A stretch of 64,000 nucleotides of DNA, from contig CAZIPS010000003.1 of assembly GCA_964541455.1 (NCBI GenBank), forward strand, positions 2,663 to 66,662, written 5' to 3'. The notes under the pieces were generated by a model. It saw only the letters and a program-made list of their open reading frames with translations. It was not told the DNA's origin and searched no databases. The stretch's first letter is position 1, and each line of letters starts with the position of its first letter. The position numbers and the translations under genes were made by a program. The DNA comes from an uncultured Candidatus Saccharibacteria bacterium (GTDB taxonomy: Bacteria > Patescibacteriota > Minisyncoccia > Phycocordibacterales > JAKFXT01). Positions 18,187 to 28,520 of this stretch are shown in pieces.

Positions 18187-18972
18187 ATGAAACCAAAAAA
18201 ACAATTAGGGCAAAATTTCCTTACCTCTTCTCAAGTAGTAGAGGATATTGTGCGTGCAGGAGATATTGGGAGCAATGATATTGTCCTTGAAATTGGCCCT
18301 GGAAAGGGATTTTTAACACAAAAACTCCTTGAAAAGGCAAAAAAAGTGATCGCCATTGAGAAAGACAGGGAGCTTATCCCATTTTTGCAAGAAAAATTTG
18401 CTTTTTTTATAGAAAATGGACAACTTGAGCTTGTTGAAGCTGACATCCTCCTCTATGACCCTGCCCTACACAGCCTAAAGGCACAAGGGTATAAGCTTAT
18501 TGCAAACATTCCATACTATATTACAGGGGAAATCCTCCAAAAATTCCTAGAAACCCCTCTTCACCCCTCACTTATGGTGCTTATGGTCCAAAAAGAGGTG
18601 GCGGCCCGCATTATAGCTACAAACAAGAAAGAAAGCCTTTTGTCTCTGAGTGTAAAAGCTTATGGCACGCCCTCTATAGTACGAAAAGTAGGAAAGGGGA
18701 GCTTTTACCCATCCCCGTCTGTTGATTCAGCGGTTATCAAAATAGCCACTATTTCTAAAAATTTCTTTGGAAAAGTAGGCGAGAAAGCCTTTTTTACCAC
18801 CCTAAAAACTGGTTTTTCTCACAAAAGAAAGTTTTTAATCAACAATCTAACTCCACTTGCTGAAAAAGTGGTTCTCGAAACACTTTTTGCCGATCTTGAG
18901 CTCCCACTCACTATCCGAGCTGAAGATGTGTCATTAGAAAACTGGAAGCAACTCACTTCTCACCTTTCTTGA
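18187..18972 (+). CDS. rsmA: 16S rRNA (adenine1518/1519-N6)-dimethyltransferase
   Basis: 261 aa beginning KKQLGQNFLTSSQVVEDIV..LEIGPGKGFLT, the KsgA/RsmA signature. Confidence 0.9.
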   Translation: MKPKKQLGQNFLTSSQVVEDIVRAGDIGSNDIVLEIGPGKGFLTQKLLEKAKKVIAIEKDRELIPFLQEKFAFFIENGQLELVEADILLYDPALHSLKAQGYKLIANIPYYITGEILQKFLETPLHPSLMVLMVQKEVAARIIATNKKESLLSLSVKAYGTPSIVRKVGKGSFYPSPSVDSAVIKIATISKNFFGKVGEKAFFTTLKTGFSHKRKFLINNLTPLAEKVVLETLFADLELPLTIRAEDVSLENWKQLTSHLS

Positions 18973-19063
18973 TTTTTCCCTTGCCAGAAAAGCTGCGCAA
19001 TCCACAAAAAACGTTTTATATAAGCCATTAAAGACAACATGTCTGATATACTTTATGTAGGCT

Positions 19064-20128
19064 ATGGAAAGCTTTGCAAAATTTTTGCCGAGCCGGCAGT
19101 TTGGGGTTGTTATTGCCTCGATCTTTTTAGCCTGCGCATTAGTAGGTAGCGTGTTCTATCTCAAAAAAAATAAGGAACAGAAAAGTGACATTGCACTTTT
19201 AAATGGGCCGAGTATCGAAGCGGTAACTGATGCTACTAAAAATCTAAGTGATGATGTTGCTGATATCGATACTGACCATGATGGCCTTAAGGATTGGGAA
19301 GAAGTCCTATGGGAAACCGACCCTAAAAACCCCGACACCGATCATGATGGCACCCCTGATGGGGAAGAAGTAAGACTTGGGAGAAATCCTCTAGTAAAGG
19401 GACCTAACGACAGTCTCAAAGAGGTGAGTAAAAATATAAGTACTGCATCATCCGCCCCGATTGTACTCACCCCCACTGATATCGTGGCACGTGATTTTTT
19501 CTCAAAATATCTTGAGGCTAAGCAAACAGGAAAAGATATTGATGCCAAGACCCAAGAGGAAATCATTGCTTCTGTTATTTCACGCCAAGACCTCGTGCAG
19601 AGCGCCAAAGCATATAGCAAAGAACAGCTAACCATAAGTACTAAAAATGATGAGGCGTCACTAAGGGCATATGGCAACGCTATGGGGCTTATTTTTAAAA
19701 ACACTGCCACTTGGAAAGAAAGTGAGATAGACATCATGCAAGAAGCTCTTAACAAAAATGATGAAAAAAGACTTGAGGCACTGGATACTAACATTAATGG
19801 ATACCAATCTATTCTTAATCAAAGCCTAAAAGTGGTTGTACCAAGCAAAGCAGTTGATGTCCATCTCCGCTATATAAACGCTTATAGCAAAATCGTCACC
19901 GCACTTACTGCTATGAAAAATACATTTAAAGACCCCGTAAGTGCCCTTATCCTTCTTGGTAAATACCCAGATGCTATTACCGAACTCCACCAGTCTTTTA
20001 TCGACGCGAGAAGTTTTTTTACCCGAAACAATATTACCTTTGACCTAAAAACTGAAACAGGAATTTTCTTTGCTAATTTTGCTGATGCAGTCGACATCAA
20101 GACAAAGGAGAATGCTGGAACCCAATAA
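19064..20128 (+). CDS. Membrane-anchored protein with thrombospondin-type-3-like Ca-binding repeats (DTDHDG...DPKNPDTDHDGTPDGEE)
   Basis: 354 aa with an N-terminal TM helix and two DxDxDG calcium-binding-like repeats. The remainder is unrecognisable. First gene of the T4SS-like block. Confidence 0.5.
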   Translation: MESFAKFLPSRQFGVVIASIFLACALVGSVFYLKKNKEQKSDIALLNGPSIEAVTDATKNLSDDVADIDTDHDGLKDWEEVLWETDPKNPDTDHDGTPDGEEVRLGRNPLVKGPNDSLKEVSKNISTASSAPIVLTPTDIVARDFFSKYLEAKQTGKDIDAKTQEEIIASVISRQDLVQSAKAYSKEQLTISTKNDEASLRAYGNAMGLIFKNTATWKESEIDIMQEALNKNDEKRLEALDTNINGYQSILNQSLKVVVPSKAVDVHLRYINAYSKIVTALTAMKNTFKDPVSALILLGKYPDAITELHQSFIDARSFFTRNNITFDLKTETGIFFANFADAVDIKTKENAGTQ

Positions 20129-20133
20129 TCTAT

Positions 20134-21747
20134 ATGCTAGAACTTCTTTTTAAAATTAAAAAATCTTTTTACGCAAAAATTCTTGTATCTTTTCTTATTA
20201 TCGCCTTTTTCGCTCCCATGGCACTCCCACCAAAAGCAGATGCAGGGGGAATGGCAGTCTTCGATTCAATTGGTGCAGCTCTTAAAACCGCCGGTAATGC
20301 AATTTTGACTATTATAAGCACTATTTCAAATGCGATTATTGGTGCCGGTATCCAAGCTCTTGTTACTGCCAAATACATCTTAGGCCCCCTTGCCACAACA
20401 ATTGCGAAAATGATCCTGCGGGGTATTACGGCAAGTATTATCGCTTGGATAAGTAATGGGTTCCAAGGAAGCCCCTCCTTTATCCAAGATCCCAAACGAT
20501 TCTTCACTAATGTAGCTGATCAGGCAATCGGTGCAGTTCTACTATCAAATGAAGCAACTAAATGGATGTGTACCCCATTTGCAATCAATATAAAACGAGC
20601 CCTTATCTACAATCGCTCTTTCTATCAACGTTCTCAGTGTAGCCTCACGCAAGTCGTAAATAACTTCAAAGGCTTTGCAAGTGGACTTAATAACCAATTC
20701 GGCAGTCTTGGTGGTTGGACTGCGTGGAACACTATGACATACGAGCCACAAAATAATCCCTACGGAGCCTATGCCCTCTTTAATATGCAGGTTGATGTAC
20801 AAGTAACCGGCGCCATCAATACCCAAGCCCGCTTACTCGACTGGGGTAAAGGTTTTCTTTCCTGGAAAGACCCAACATGTGTCGAAAATGCTAAAAGAAA
20901 TTCCGACCTTGAGGGCTATAAAACAGGCGATGAAATCGTTCCCCTTGAAGAAAGTGAGGGCAATACCATTAGTCCAAACACTGACCCAAATACCTGCCCG
21001 ATTCTTACTCCAGGTGATGTTATTGCAAATCAAATAAACAAGACTATCGGAAGCGATGTTGATCAGCTTGTAGGTGCACAAGAGATCAATCAGATTATTA
21101 GTGCACTCCTTTACCAACTTGCAGTTAAAGCACTTGGTGGCTCTGGCCTTCTTGGACTTGGCGCTTCATACTCCGATCCTTACGGCACAAATGGAAGCTA
21201 TGCTCAACAACTTCTCGCAAATGATCAACAGGTATTCAATCAAACTCGCAGTGACTTAAACCAACAAATATACAACCGCATCACCACCGAAAACAACTAC
21301 TCTGCAACAAAAAACCAAACACTTTCTCTTATAGATCTTTCTGCTAATAAAGCGTTTTCAGTCCTTAATTGCTACTTTGCAACTTCTTCTACTCCACTTG
21401 GTATCAACAACAGCATGCGTGCTACTGATATAGCAGGAGCTTCAAGTTCACTTGCCTTTATAAACGGCTTCAAGCGTTCTATACAACGTGACGTCGACAT
21501 ATCAGATATAAACATCAGTAACCTCCAACGCCTTGTTGATGCCTCAAACGCCTTAGACTACAGCCACAGAGATACTCTGCAACAAATCTCATCACAATTC
21601 TCACAACTCATCACGCAAATCCACTCTGACGGCGATGTTATAAACGCCCAGTTTGAACGTGACCAGACTATACCTGACGCCATGAAAGCTCCTGATGCCG
21701 ACAATGACACTCGCCTTAATCGCTGTTACACCGAACCTATTAACTAG
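20134..21747 (+). CDS. Hypothetical exported protein (537 aa) in the T4SS-like cluster
   Basis: N-terminal hydrophobic anchor or signal, then a Cys-containing Gly/Ala-rich region. No recognisable domain. Confidence 0.45.
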   Translation: MLELLFKIKKSFYAKILVSFLIIAFFAPMALPPKADAGGMAVFDSIGAALKTAGNAILTIISTISNAIIGAGIQALVTAKYILGPLATTIAKMILRGITASIIAWISNGFQGSPSFIQDPKRFFTNVADQAIGAVLLSNEATKWMCTPFAINIKRALIYNRSFYQRSQCSLTQVVNNFKGFASGLNNQFGSLGGWTAWNTMTYEPQNNPYGAYALFNMQVDVQVTGAINTQARLLDWGKGFLSWKDPTCVENAKRNSDLEGYKTGDEIVPLEESEGNTISPNTDPNTCPILTPGDVIANQINKTIGSDVDQLVGAQEINQIISALLYQLAVKALGGSGLLGLGASYSDPYGTNGSYAQQLLANDQQVFNQTRSDLNQQIYNRITTENNYSATKNQTLSLIDLSANKAFSVLNCYFATSSTPLGINNSMRATDIAGASSSLAFINGFKRSIQRDVDISDINISNLQRLVDASNALDYSHRDTLQQISSQFSQLITQIHSDGDVINAQFERDQTIPDAMKAPDADNDTRLNRCYTEPIN

Positions 21748-21749
21748 CT

Positions 21750-24218
21750 ATGTTACGCACTGCAAAAAAAGCTCTTCTTACGTCCGTCTTTCTTGCAGGA
21801 GCTTTTTTGCCTTTTACTACTTTTGCGCAAACAATTAATGATAGTGATACTGGCGGGGGAGTAAGTGTTAGTGCACTCAAAAACACTTCTGCTCAAACCG
21901 TCACCGCGTCAGAAATACAACTGCAAGCAAGAGAGAATGCTCGTGACGCATCACTACAACAATCCCTTGGCAACGGGAACGTCACTGACCCAGGGGTAGC
22001 TGCTGCAGCTCCCTCTGGTACATTTTCTGCCCCAGGAACCGCTCCCTCGCTCTCTTCTTCGGGGGCCCAAGCAACTAAAGACCTCAACCTTGCTTCAGTT
22101 GACCTTTGTTCAATTAGCTTTACAGGAACCTTCCAACCACTCAACTGTCTCGGGTACGGACTTCTCAAAATAGGGGGGTGGGTAGCAACGGTAGGCGGTG
22201 TCTTTCTCAACCTCTCGATTGATTTTACTGTGCTTAAAATGTCTACCGTCATTAACGGCACTGGTGCTATTAATGCTGCTTGGAAAGTGTTCCGCGATCT
22301 TTCAAATATTTTCTTTATTTTTATCCTTATTTATATCGCTATAAGCACTATTATCGGGACCGCTGGAGGACAAACCAAAAAAATGCTGATCAATGTCATC
22401 ATTGTGGCACTTCTCATCAACTTCAGCATGTTTTTTACTAAAGTTGCAGTCGACACCTCAAATATTCTCACCATTCAGTTCTTCAACTCTATTAGCAAAG
22501 GAGACAATAGCTGGGACAACGGCCTCTCTTGGGTCTTTATGAATGCCTCGCGCCTCACTACCATCTACCAAGCGGGGAACACCATCGCCACAAGTCCAAA
22601 TGGCAAAGCGTTTCTTAGTTACAACTTTCTCATTGTTGGGATTATGGGGCTCGCCTTTGCCCTCGTGCTTGCTTTTGTGTTTATGGCGATTGCCATTATG
22701 TTTATTTCTCGTTTTGTCACTATTATTTTCCTTATTGTACTTTCACCGCTCGCTTTTATGGGCTTTGCGGTGAGCAAATTAAGTGGCAAATGGCATCAAT
22801 GGCTCTCTGTGCTCACAGAACAAATCTTCTTCGCTCCTGTTATGATGGCTATGCTTTGGACTGTTGCGGTTATTATAAATAGTGACGGCTTCCGTGCAGC
22901 AGTTGCCTTTTCTGACCCGGCCAATAACTTCGCCGACCTCTTCACCCTTTCTTCCGTTACAGGGTCTATATATATAGTCTTAAACTTTAGCCTCCTTGTT
23001 GCCCTTCTTATTGGTGGCCTCCTTATATCAAAGAACTTTAGTCATACAAGTGCGAACTTTGCAATGAAACTCGCAGGGGGGGCCTCTTTTGGGGCAGCGG
23101 CGTGGATTGGGCGCAAAACAGGAGGGTGGGCTGGAAACAAACTTGCCAAATCAGAACGCTTGCAGAAATTTGCAGCTAATAATCCTACTGTTGGTATGTT
23201 TGCACTTAAAGCGGTCAAGGGGGTTGCTTCTGCCAGCTTTGACGCTCGCAATATTCCCCACGCAAGCGACTATCTCGGCAAGGGACCTGGGACAGGGGGT
23301 TATGTTGGCGAACTTGAAGCTCAAGTAAAGAAACGTCAAGAGGATGCAAAACTTCTCAAAGACCTCAAGCTATATCAAGACTCGAAAACTGAAGGGGAGG
23401 CAAAGGCTCACAAAGAAACAGTTGAGGAGAAAGACAAAAAAGTGGTTGAGCTTAACAAGCAGATGGCTAACTTTATTGCCGCTGGCAACAACCTTAACGA
23501 TACACGCTACAAGGAGTTTGAGAGGGAGAAAGCTGAAGCGGTTAAGGCACGTGATGAAGCTAAGAAAAAACTTGAGACCCTCAATAAGGACCAGACCAAG
23601 ACCCAAACAGGGGAGCAGACCTATGCTAAGAATCTTACTAAGGGCACCATTGCTGCTATCATGACTCGCCTTGCTGCAGAGCGTGAAAAATCTCAAGAGA
23701 AGATTGAGGAATCATATACCAAGGACCGTCAAAAGAAAGACAGCGAATGGGCCAAAGAATTTAATCTTAAGGAGATTAACCGACAAATTGCTTCTCTTGA
23801 TGCAGAAATCGAGTCTCTTGGGAGCTCGGTCTTGAATGTCACCGAAGAGGTAAAAAACTGGAATGAGCAGATTGCTAAAAATAACAAAGAAATTGAAAAA
23901 ATAACTCTAGACCAAAAAAATAATCCAAATGTTGATATCATCGCTTCAAACAAAAGAAGAAAGATTATTGCGGAGGAAAACGGAAAAATACAGGAAAGCA
24001 TCAATGCAGTAAAAGCTAATGAGTCAACTATTGCCGAACAAAAGAAAATTCGACTCATAGCAGAAAGAGAAAAGCTTATTAATCAACGAAAAGAGATTCA
24101 AAATAAAAAGGATAGAGATGCTCTTCTAAAAACACTTGTTGACGCAACAAAACCGGAAGAGGCTCAAGGAGAAGAAAAGAAGGGTGAGGATAAGCCAAAA
24201 AAGGATGATGCACACTAA
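21750..24218 (+). CDS. VirB6/TrbL-like polytopic membrane protein with a C-terminal Lys/Glu-rich coiled-coil extension
   Basis: 822 aa with a signal peptide, at least 6 TM helices in a TrbL/VirB6-like arrangement (LIVGIMGLAFALVLAFVFMAIAIMFISRFVTIIFLIVLSPLAFMGF) and a long charged coiled-coil tail. Confidence 0.55.
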   Translation: MLRTAKKALLTSVFLAGAFLPFTTFAQTINDSDTGGGVSVSALKNTSAQTVTASEIQLQARENARDASLQQSLGNGNVTDPGVAAAAPSGTFSAPGTAPSLSSSGAQATKDLNLASVDLCSISFTGTFQPLNCLGYGLLKIGGWVATVGGVFLNLSIDFTVLKMSTVINGTGAINAAWKVFRDLSNIFFIFILIYIAISTIIGTAGGQTKKMLINVIIVALLINFSMFFTKVAVDTSNILTIQFFNSISKGDNSWDNGLSWVFMNASRLTTIYQAGNTIATSPNGKAFLSYNFLIVGIMGLAFALVLAFVFMAIAIMFISRFVTIIFLIVLSPLAFMGFAVSKLSGKWHQWLSVLTEQIFFAPVMMAMLWTVAVIINSDGFRAAVAFSDPANNFADLFTLSSVTGSIYIVLNFSLLVALLIGGLLISKNFSHTSANFAMKLAGGASFGAAAWIGRKTGGWAGNKLAKSERLQKFAANNPTVGMFALKAVKGVASASFDARNIPHASDYLGKGPGTGGYVGELEAQVKKRQEDAKLLKDLKLYQDSKTEGEAKAHKETVEEKDKKVVELNKQMANFIAAGNNLNDTRYKEFEREKAEAVKARDEAKKKLETLNKDQTKTQTGEQTYAKNLTKGTIAAIMTRLAAEREKSQEKIEESYTKDRQKKDSEWAKEFNLKEINRQIASLDAEIESLGSSVLNVTEEVKNWNEQIAKNNKEIEKITLDQKNNPNVDIIASNKRRKIIAEENGKIQESINAVKANESTIAEQKKIRLIAEREKLINQRKEIQNKKDRDALLKTLVDATKPEEAQGEEKKGEDKPKKDDAH

Positions 24219-24233
24219 TATATAATAGAGAAT

Positions 24234-25397
24234 ATGGAAGACACGAGTGTTCAACAGAAATTTGAAAAACTGCCGGCAGTTATTCGCGAAGCGATTACTT
24301 CTGTTGATTTTGCAGAAAAACTTCAAAACATAGGCAAGGCAAACAGCCTCCACCTCGATGAACTTGACGCGCTTTTTGAAGAAGTGGGATTTGTGATGCT
24401 TGGGGACACTCGCACGCAAGATTTTGGAGCTAAAATAAGCGAACGTCTCTCGCTTCGCCCAGATCAAGTTGCTCCTATAGTTAAAAGTGTTGATGAGGAA
24501 ATATTCCGCCCGATCCGCACTGCGCTCATCAGCCTCCACGACAATGAACCTCGTCGCATTACCGACGTCCCACTCCCTGCAGCAAGTGCACCTTCATATG
24601 TTCCCCCAGTTCCACAAAAAAACTCTTTACCCACAACCCCCGAAAGTAATCTTGCGCCAAAACCAATAACCGTTAAGGAGGAGTTGTCAGCTCCAACCAT
24701 ACACCCTATATACAATGATAAAAGTATAGAAACTCAAATACCAAGTTCCCCACAGACCCTAGGGGATGGAGTAGTGGTTACTCCAGAAATAAGCGCCCTA
24801 AACGAAGAAACGCCAACTCGCGAAAACCTTCTTAATGCTATTGAAGGGGAGAAAGAAATGGACCCCGCTCTCCTTACCCCACATCGCCAACTTGAATCCC
24901 AAGATCCACGCACCTATCTCATAGACAAAGAAGAATTTCTGAAGAAAATCACTGAACCAAGCAGTGGCTCCACCCCCGCAACACTTACCCCCAAAAAACG
25001 TTCGTTAGCCGAAGAAGCGGTGTTAGTAGCAAAGCGAAAAGTAGACCCAACTGCTCTAAATATGCAGAGCATTATAGCCAAAACACCGAAACCAACTACA
25101 GAATCAGCTCCTATTACTACTATCCCTCCTGTCCCCGCCACTCCTCCCACAATTACGTTGGATATTCCTCGCACTGAAGAACAGGCGTCTGTGCAAACAC
25201 CTCCCGAAGCAATCTATACACTTCCAAAAGAAATAGCCCCCACCCAACCCATCACCCTTGAAGCAAAACAGAAACTTACCTCCATGGTTCAGGTTCCTCG
25301 CGTCACAAGTAGAGTGAGCGCCCCGCTCACCGCTACTTCAACTGTCACTACAGAAACTACAGGAAGTAGGGTAGACCCATATCGCGAACCTATATAA
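24234..25397 (+). CDS. Hypothetical Pro/Thr-rich protein (387 aa) in the T4SS-like cluster
   Basis: Low-complexity P/T/S-rich C-terminal two thirds. The N-terminal 100 aa are globular and unrecognisable. Confidence 0.4.
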   Translation: MEDTSVQQKFEKLPAVIREAITSVDFAEKLQNIGKANSLHLDELDALFEEVGFVMLGDTRTQDFGAKISERLSLRPDQVAPIVKSVDEEIFRPIRTALISLHDNEPRRITDVPLPAASAPSYVPPVPQKNSLPTTPESNLAPKPITVKEELSAPTIHPIYNDKSIETQIPSSPQTLGDGVVVTPEISALNEETPTRENLLNAIEGEKEMDPALLTPHRQLESQDPRTYLIDKEEFLKKITEPSSGSTPATLTPKKRSLAEEAVLVAKRKVDPTALNMQSIIAKTPKPTTESAPITTIPPVPATPPTITLDIPRTEEQASVQTPPEAIYTLPKEIAPTQPITLEAKQKLTSMVQVPRVTSRVSAPLTATSTVTTETTGSRVDPYREPI

Positions 25398-25529
25398 AGC
25401 GTAAGCTTTGTGTTGTTTATACCACCCACCCTTAATCAACACGACATATCCTCTTATCTGCGCGACAAAGAGCGCAATCTCTTATATTATTAGAGATACC
25501 AAGCGCATTGTCGTTTCAGTATTTTTTAT

Positions 25530-26051
25530 ATGCAATTCCAAGTTCCTCAATTTATTGAAGTAGAAGACAAGCTTTTTGGTCCTCTTACCCTTAAACAATT
25601 CATTTATCTTGCTGGGGGAATAGGTGTTTCGGCGATCTTCTACCTTGTTATTCCTTACCACTTTATTGCCATAGTTCTTGCGGTTCCTTTCGTTGTTTTT
25701 GCGATTGCCTTAGCTTTCTACCGCATTAACAGTAAACCATTTGTTGAGGTGCTTGAGGCAGCACTTTCCTACTACTTTAAAAACAAGCTTTATATATGGA
25801 AGAAATCCGACAAGAAAATTGAGGATCGTCCAAAAGAAGAAGTATCTGAACCCTCTCTCGATACACTTTTTGCCCCACGCCTCTCTGAAAGCAAGCTCAA
25901 AGATCTCGCGTGGAGCCTTGATGTTACTGATAAAGTAATAAACAAAGAGGTTCAAAGGGGAGGGGGGTCCCGCATTACGTATAACGAAGACGAGCGCGAG
26001 AAAGTTGAGTTCCAGAAAAACTACGAAATTGGAGCTAAGGGGCACCTATAG
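25530..26051 (+). CDS. PrgI/VirB3-like small membrane protein
   Basis: 173 aa with two adjacent N-terminal TM helices (LAGGIGVSAIFYLVIPYHFIAIVLAVPFVVFAIALAFY) directly upstream of the VirB4 ATPase, matching typical PrgI-family topology and placement. Confidence 0.5.
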   Translation: MQFQVPQFIEVEDKLFGPLTLKQFIYLAGGIGVSAIFYLVIPYHFIAIVLAVPFVVFAIALAFYRINSKPFVEVLEAALSYYFKNKLYIWKKSDKKIEDRPKEEVSEPSLDTLFAPRLSESKLKDLAWSLDVTDKVINKEVQRGGGSRITYNEDEREKVEFQKNYEIGAKGHL

Positions 26052-26056
26052 AACAT

Positions 26057-26692
26057 ATGGCTACTGAACAAACATCAGCAACACAAGAATTCGTCCCTAT
26101 CAAAGAGGTACGTGACGGCATTGTCCTCCTTAAAGACGGAGGTCTGCGTGCAATTCTTCTAACCTCTTCTATTAACTTCGCCCTCAAATCACAGGACGAG
26201 CAAAATTCCGTTATTTTCCAATTCCAAAACTTCCTTAACTCTTTAGACTTTCCTGTAGAAATCTTCATTCAATCAAGGAAACTCGATATTCGCCCCTACA
26301 TTGCTCTCCTCGAAGACCGCTATCGAGATCAAGTTAATGATCTACTTAAAATACAGACTCGTGAGTACATCGAGTTCATAAAAAGCTTTACTGAAAGTGC
26401 TAATATCATGACTAAAAGCTTCTTTATTATTGTCCCCTACAATCCAGCAAGCCTTACCGCTGAATCAGTTGGTGGGTTCTTTAGTAAGAAAAAAGATGAA
26501 GACAAAACAAAGGATGCGGCTGCACGCTTCGAAGAAAACCGCAGCCAACTCGAGCAACGCATTGCTGTTATCGAACAAGGACTTATACGTACAGGAGTTC
26601 GTGTCGTACAATTAGGTACTGAAGAAATTATTGAACTTTACTACAAGATCTTTAACCCTGGAGAGCAGGACAAGCCAATTAAGTTGCCATAA
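26057..26692 (+). CDS. Putative N-terminal segment of the VirB4-like ATPase (split gene), or a separate T4SS accessory protein
   Basis: 211 aa ending at a TAA 2 nt before the ATG of the Walker-A-containing ORF, which is in a different frame. Combined length of about 817 aa matches full-length VirB4/TrbE. Confidence 0.4.
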   Translation: MATEQTSATQEFVPIKEVRDGIVLLKDGGLRAILLTSSINFALKSQDEQNSVIFQFQNFLNSLDFPVEIFIQSRKLDIRPYIALLEDRYRDQVNDLLKIQTREYIEFIKSFTESANIMTKSFFIIVPYNPASLTAESVGGFFSKKKDEDKTKDAAARFEENRSQLEQRIAVIEQGLIRTGVRVVQLGTEEIIELYYKIFNPGEQDKPIKLP

Positions 26693-26694
26693 TT

Positions 26695-28515
26695 ATGGGT
26701 GTTTTCGATTTCCTTATTACGAATAAGAAAAAAGAAGCAGGGAATGCGCTCACCGCTATTTTGCCGCGAGACATCTATGAATCTGGTGTTTTGGAACTTA
26801 AAGACATTATTGCCCCCTCTGCACTTAAAATCACGCCCAAAGAGCTCAATTTGGGCGAGAAAATTATTCGTACCTTTTTTGTTATCTCTTATCCTCGTTT
26901 TCTTTCGGAAAGTTGGTTTGCGCCGATTATTAACCTCGACAAGGTGTTTGACGCTTCTATTTTTATTCACCCTATTGAAACCGCTCGCATTTTAAGGCAA
27001 TTCCAGAAAAAAGTAGCGGAGGTACAAAGCCAAATCCACGAGAGAGAGGAGAAGGGGTTAGTGCGTGATCCCGTGCTTGATACCGCCTACCAAGACCTTG
27101 AACAGCTTCGTGACGGCCTTCAGCAAGCACAAGAACGTATTTTTGATGTTGGGCTCTATATATCTATTTACGGTGATTCTGATGCCGAACTTGATAAGGT
27201 AGAGTCTGAAATTAAATCTATCCTCGAATCAAAGTTGGTGTATATAAAACCAGCCCTCTTTCAACAAGAACAAGGGTTTAAAAGCGTTATTCCTCTTGGA
27301 AATGATGAGTTAGCAGTTCATTCAAAACTTAACTCTTCGCCACTTTCAAGTGTTTTTCCTTTCATCTCTTTTGACCTCACTTCAGACAAGGGAATTCTTT
27401 ATGGCATCAACCGACACAATGCAAGTTTGGTACTTTTTGACCGCTTCTCTCTTGAAAATTACAACTCTGTCGTCTTTGCGAAGTCTGGATCTGGTAAGTC
27501 CTACACCACCAAACTCGAGATCCTCCGTACCCTTATGTTTGACACTGAAGTGATTGTTATTGATCCCGAGCGCGAATACGAATATTTAGCCGAAGCCACC
27601 GGCGGACGCTATTTTAATGTTTCGCTTAATTCTGAACACCACATTAACCCTTTTGATCTTCCCATCCCACGCGAAGACGAATCCCCAGCTGATATTCTTC
27701 GCAGCAACATTGTAAACCTCGTAGGGCTTTTCCGTATCATGATGGGGGGGCTCACTCCCGAAGAAGATGCCATTATTGACCGCGCAATTACTGAAACCTA
27801 TGCCCTCAAAGACATTACCCCTGAATCAGACTTTACTGCTATCGAACCCCCACTTATGGCTGACTTTGAACTTGTGCTTTCGGGCATGGAAGGAGGGGAT
27901 TCCTTGGCACAACGACTTACTAAATACACTAAGGGAACATGGGCTGGCTTTATCAACAAGCCGACAAACGTCGACATTAATAAAAAGTTTGTTGTGTTTT
28001 CTGTGCGTGATATGGAGGATGAGCTTAAACCTGTTGCCATGTATATCATTACGCACTTTATTTGGAATGCTATACGCAAAGAAATTCGAAAACGTCTCCT
28101 TGTTATCGATGAAGCATGGTGGATGATGAAATCAGATGATACTGCCTCTTTCCTCTATAGTCTTGTAAAACGTGGTCGTAAATACTTCCTTGGAGTAGCG
28201 ACAATTACCCAAGACGTCGATGACTTCCTTAAAAGCCAGTATGGGCTCCCCATTATCACCAACTCATCGCTTCAACTTCTCCTTAAACAATCTCCATCAT
28301 CAATCGATAATGTTCAAAAGATATTTAACCTTACCGAAGAAGAGAAATATCTACTCCTTGAGTCAGACGTAGGGGAGGGGATTTTCTTCGCAGGACTAAA
28401 ACACGTGGCGATTAAGATCATTGCCTCATACACCGAGGACCAGATTATTACCTCTGACCCTTCTCAAGTGCTTTCGATCAGAAAAGCCAAAAATGATTTG
28501 CGCCTTGCTTCTTAA
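26695..28515 (+). CDS. VirB4/TrbE/CagE-family type IV secretion ATPase (C-terminal NTPase portion)
   Basis: 606 aa with Walker A (VVFAKSGSGKSYTTK) and a Walker B-like motif (LLVIDEAWWMM). Confidence 0.8.
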   Translation: MGVFDFLITNKKKEAGNALTAILPRDIYESGVLELKDIIAPSALKITPKELNLGEKIIRTFFVISYPRFLSESWFAPIINLDKVFDASIFIHPIETARILRQFQKKVAEVQSQIHEREEKGLVRDPVLDTAYQDLEQLRDGLQQAQERIFDVGLYISIYGDSDAELDKVESEIKSILESKLVYIKPALFQQEQGFKSVIPLGNDELAVHSKLNSSPLSSVFPFISFDLTSDKGILYGINRHNASLVLFDRFSLENYNSVVFAKSGSGKSYTTKLEILRTLMFDTEVIVIDPEREYEYLAEATGGRYFNVSLNSEHHINPFDLPIPREDESPADILRSNIVNLVGLFRIMMGGLTPEEDAIIDRAITETYALKDITPESDFTAIEPPLMADFELVLSGMEGGDSLAQRLTKYTKGTWAGFINKPTNVDINKKFVVFSVRDMEDELKPVAMYIITHFIWNAIRKEIRKRLLVIDEAWWMMKSDDTASFLYSLVKRGRKYFLGVATITQDVDDFLKSQYGLPIITNSSLQLLLKQSPSSIDNVQKIFNLTEEEKYLLLESDVGEGIFFAGLKHVAIKIIASYTEDQIITSDPSQVLSIRKAKNDLRLAS

Positions 28516-28520
28516 TATTC

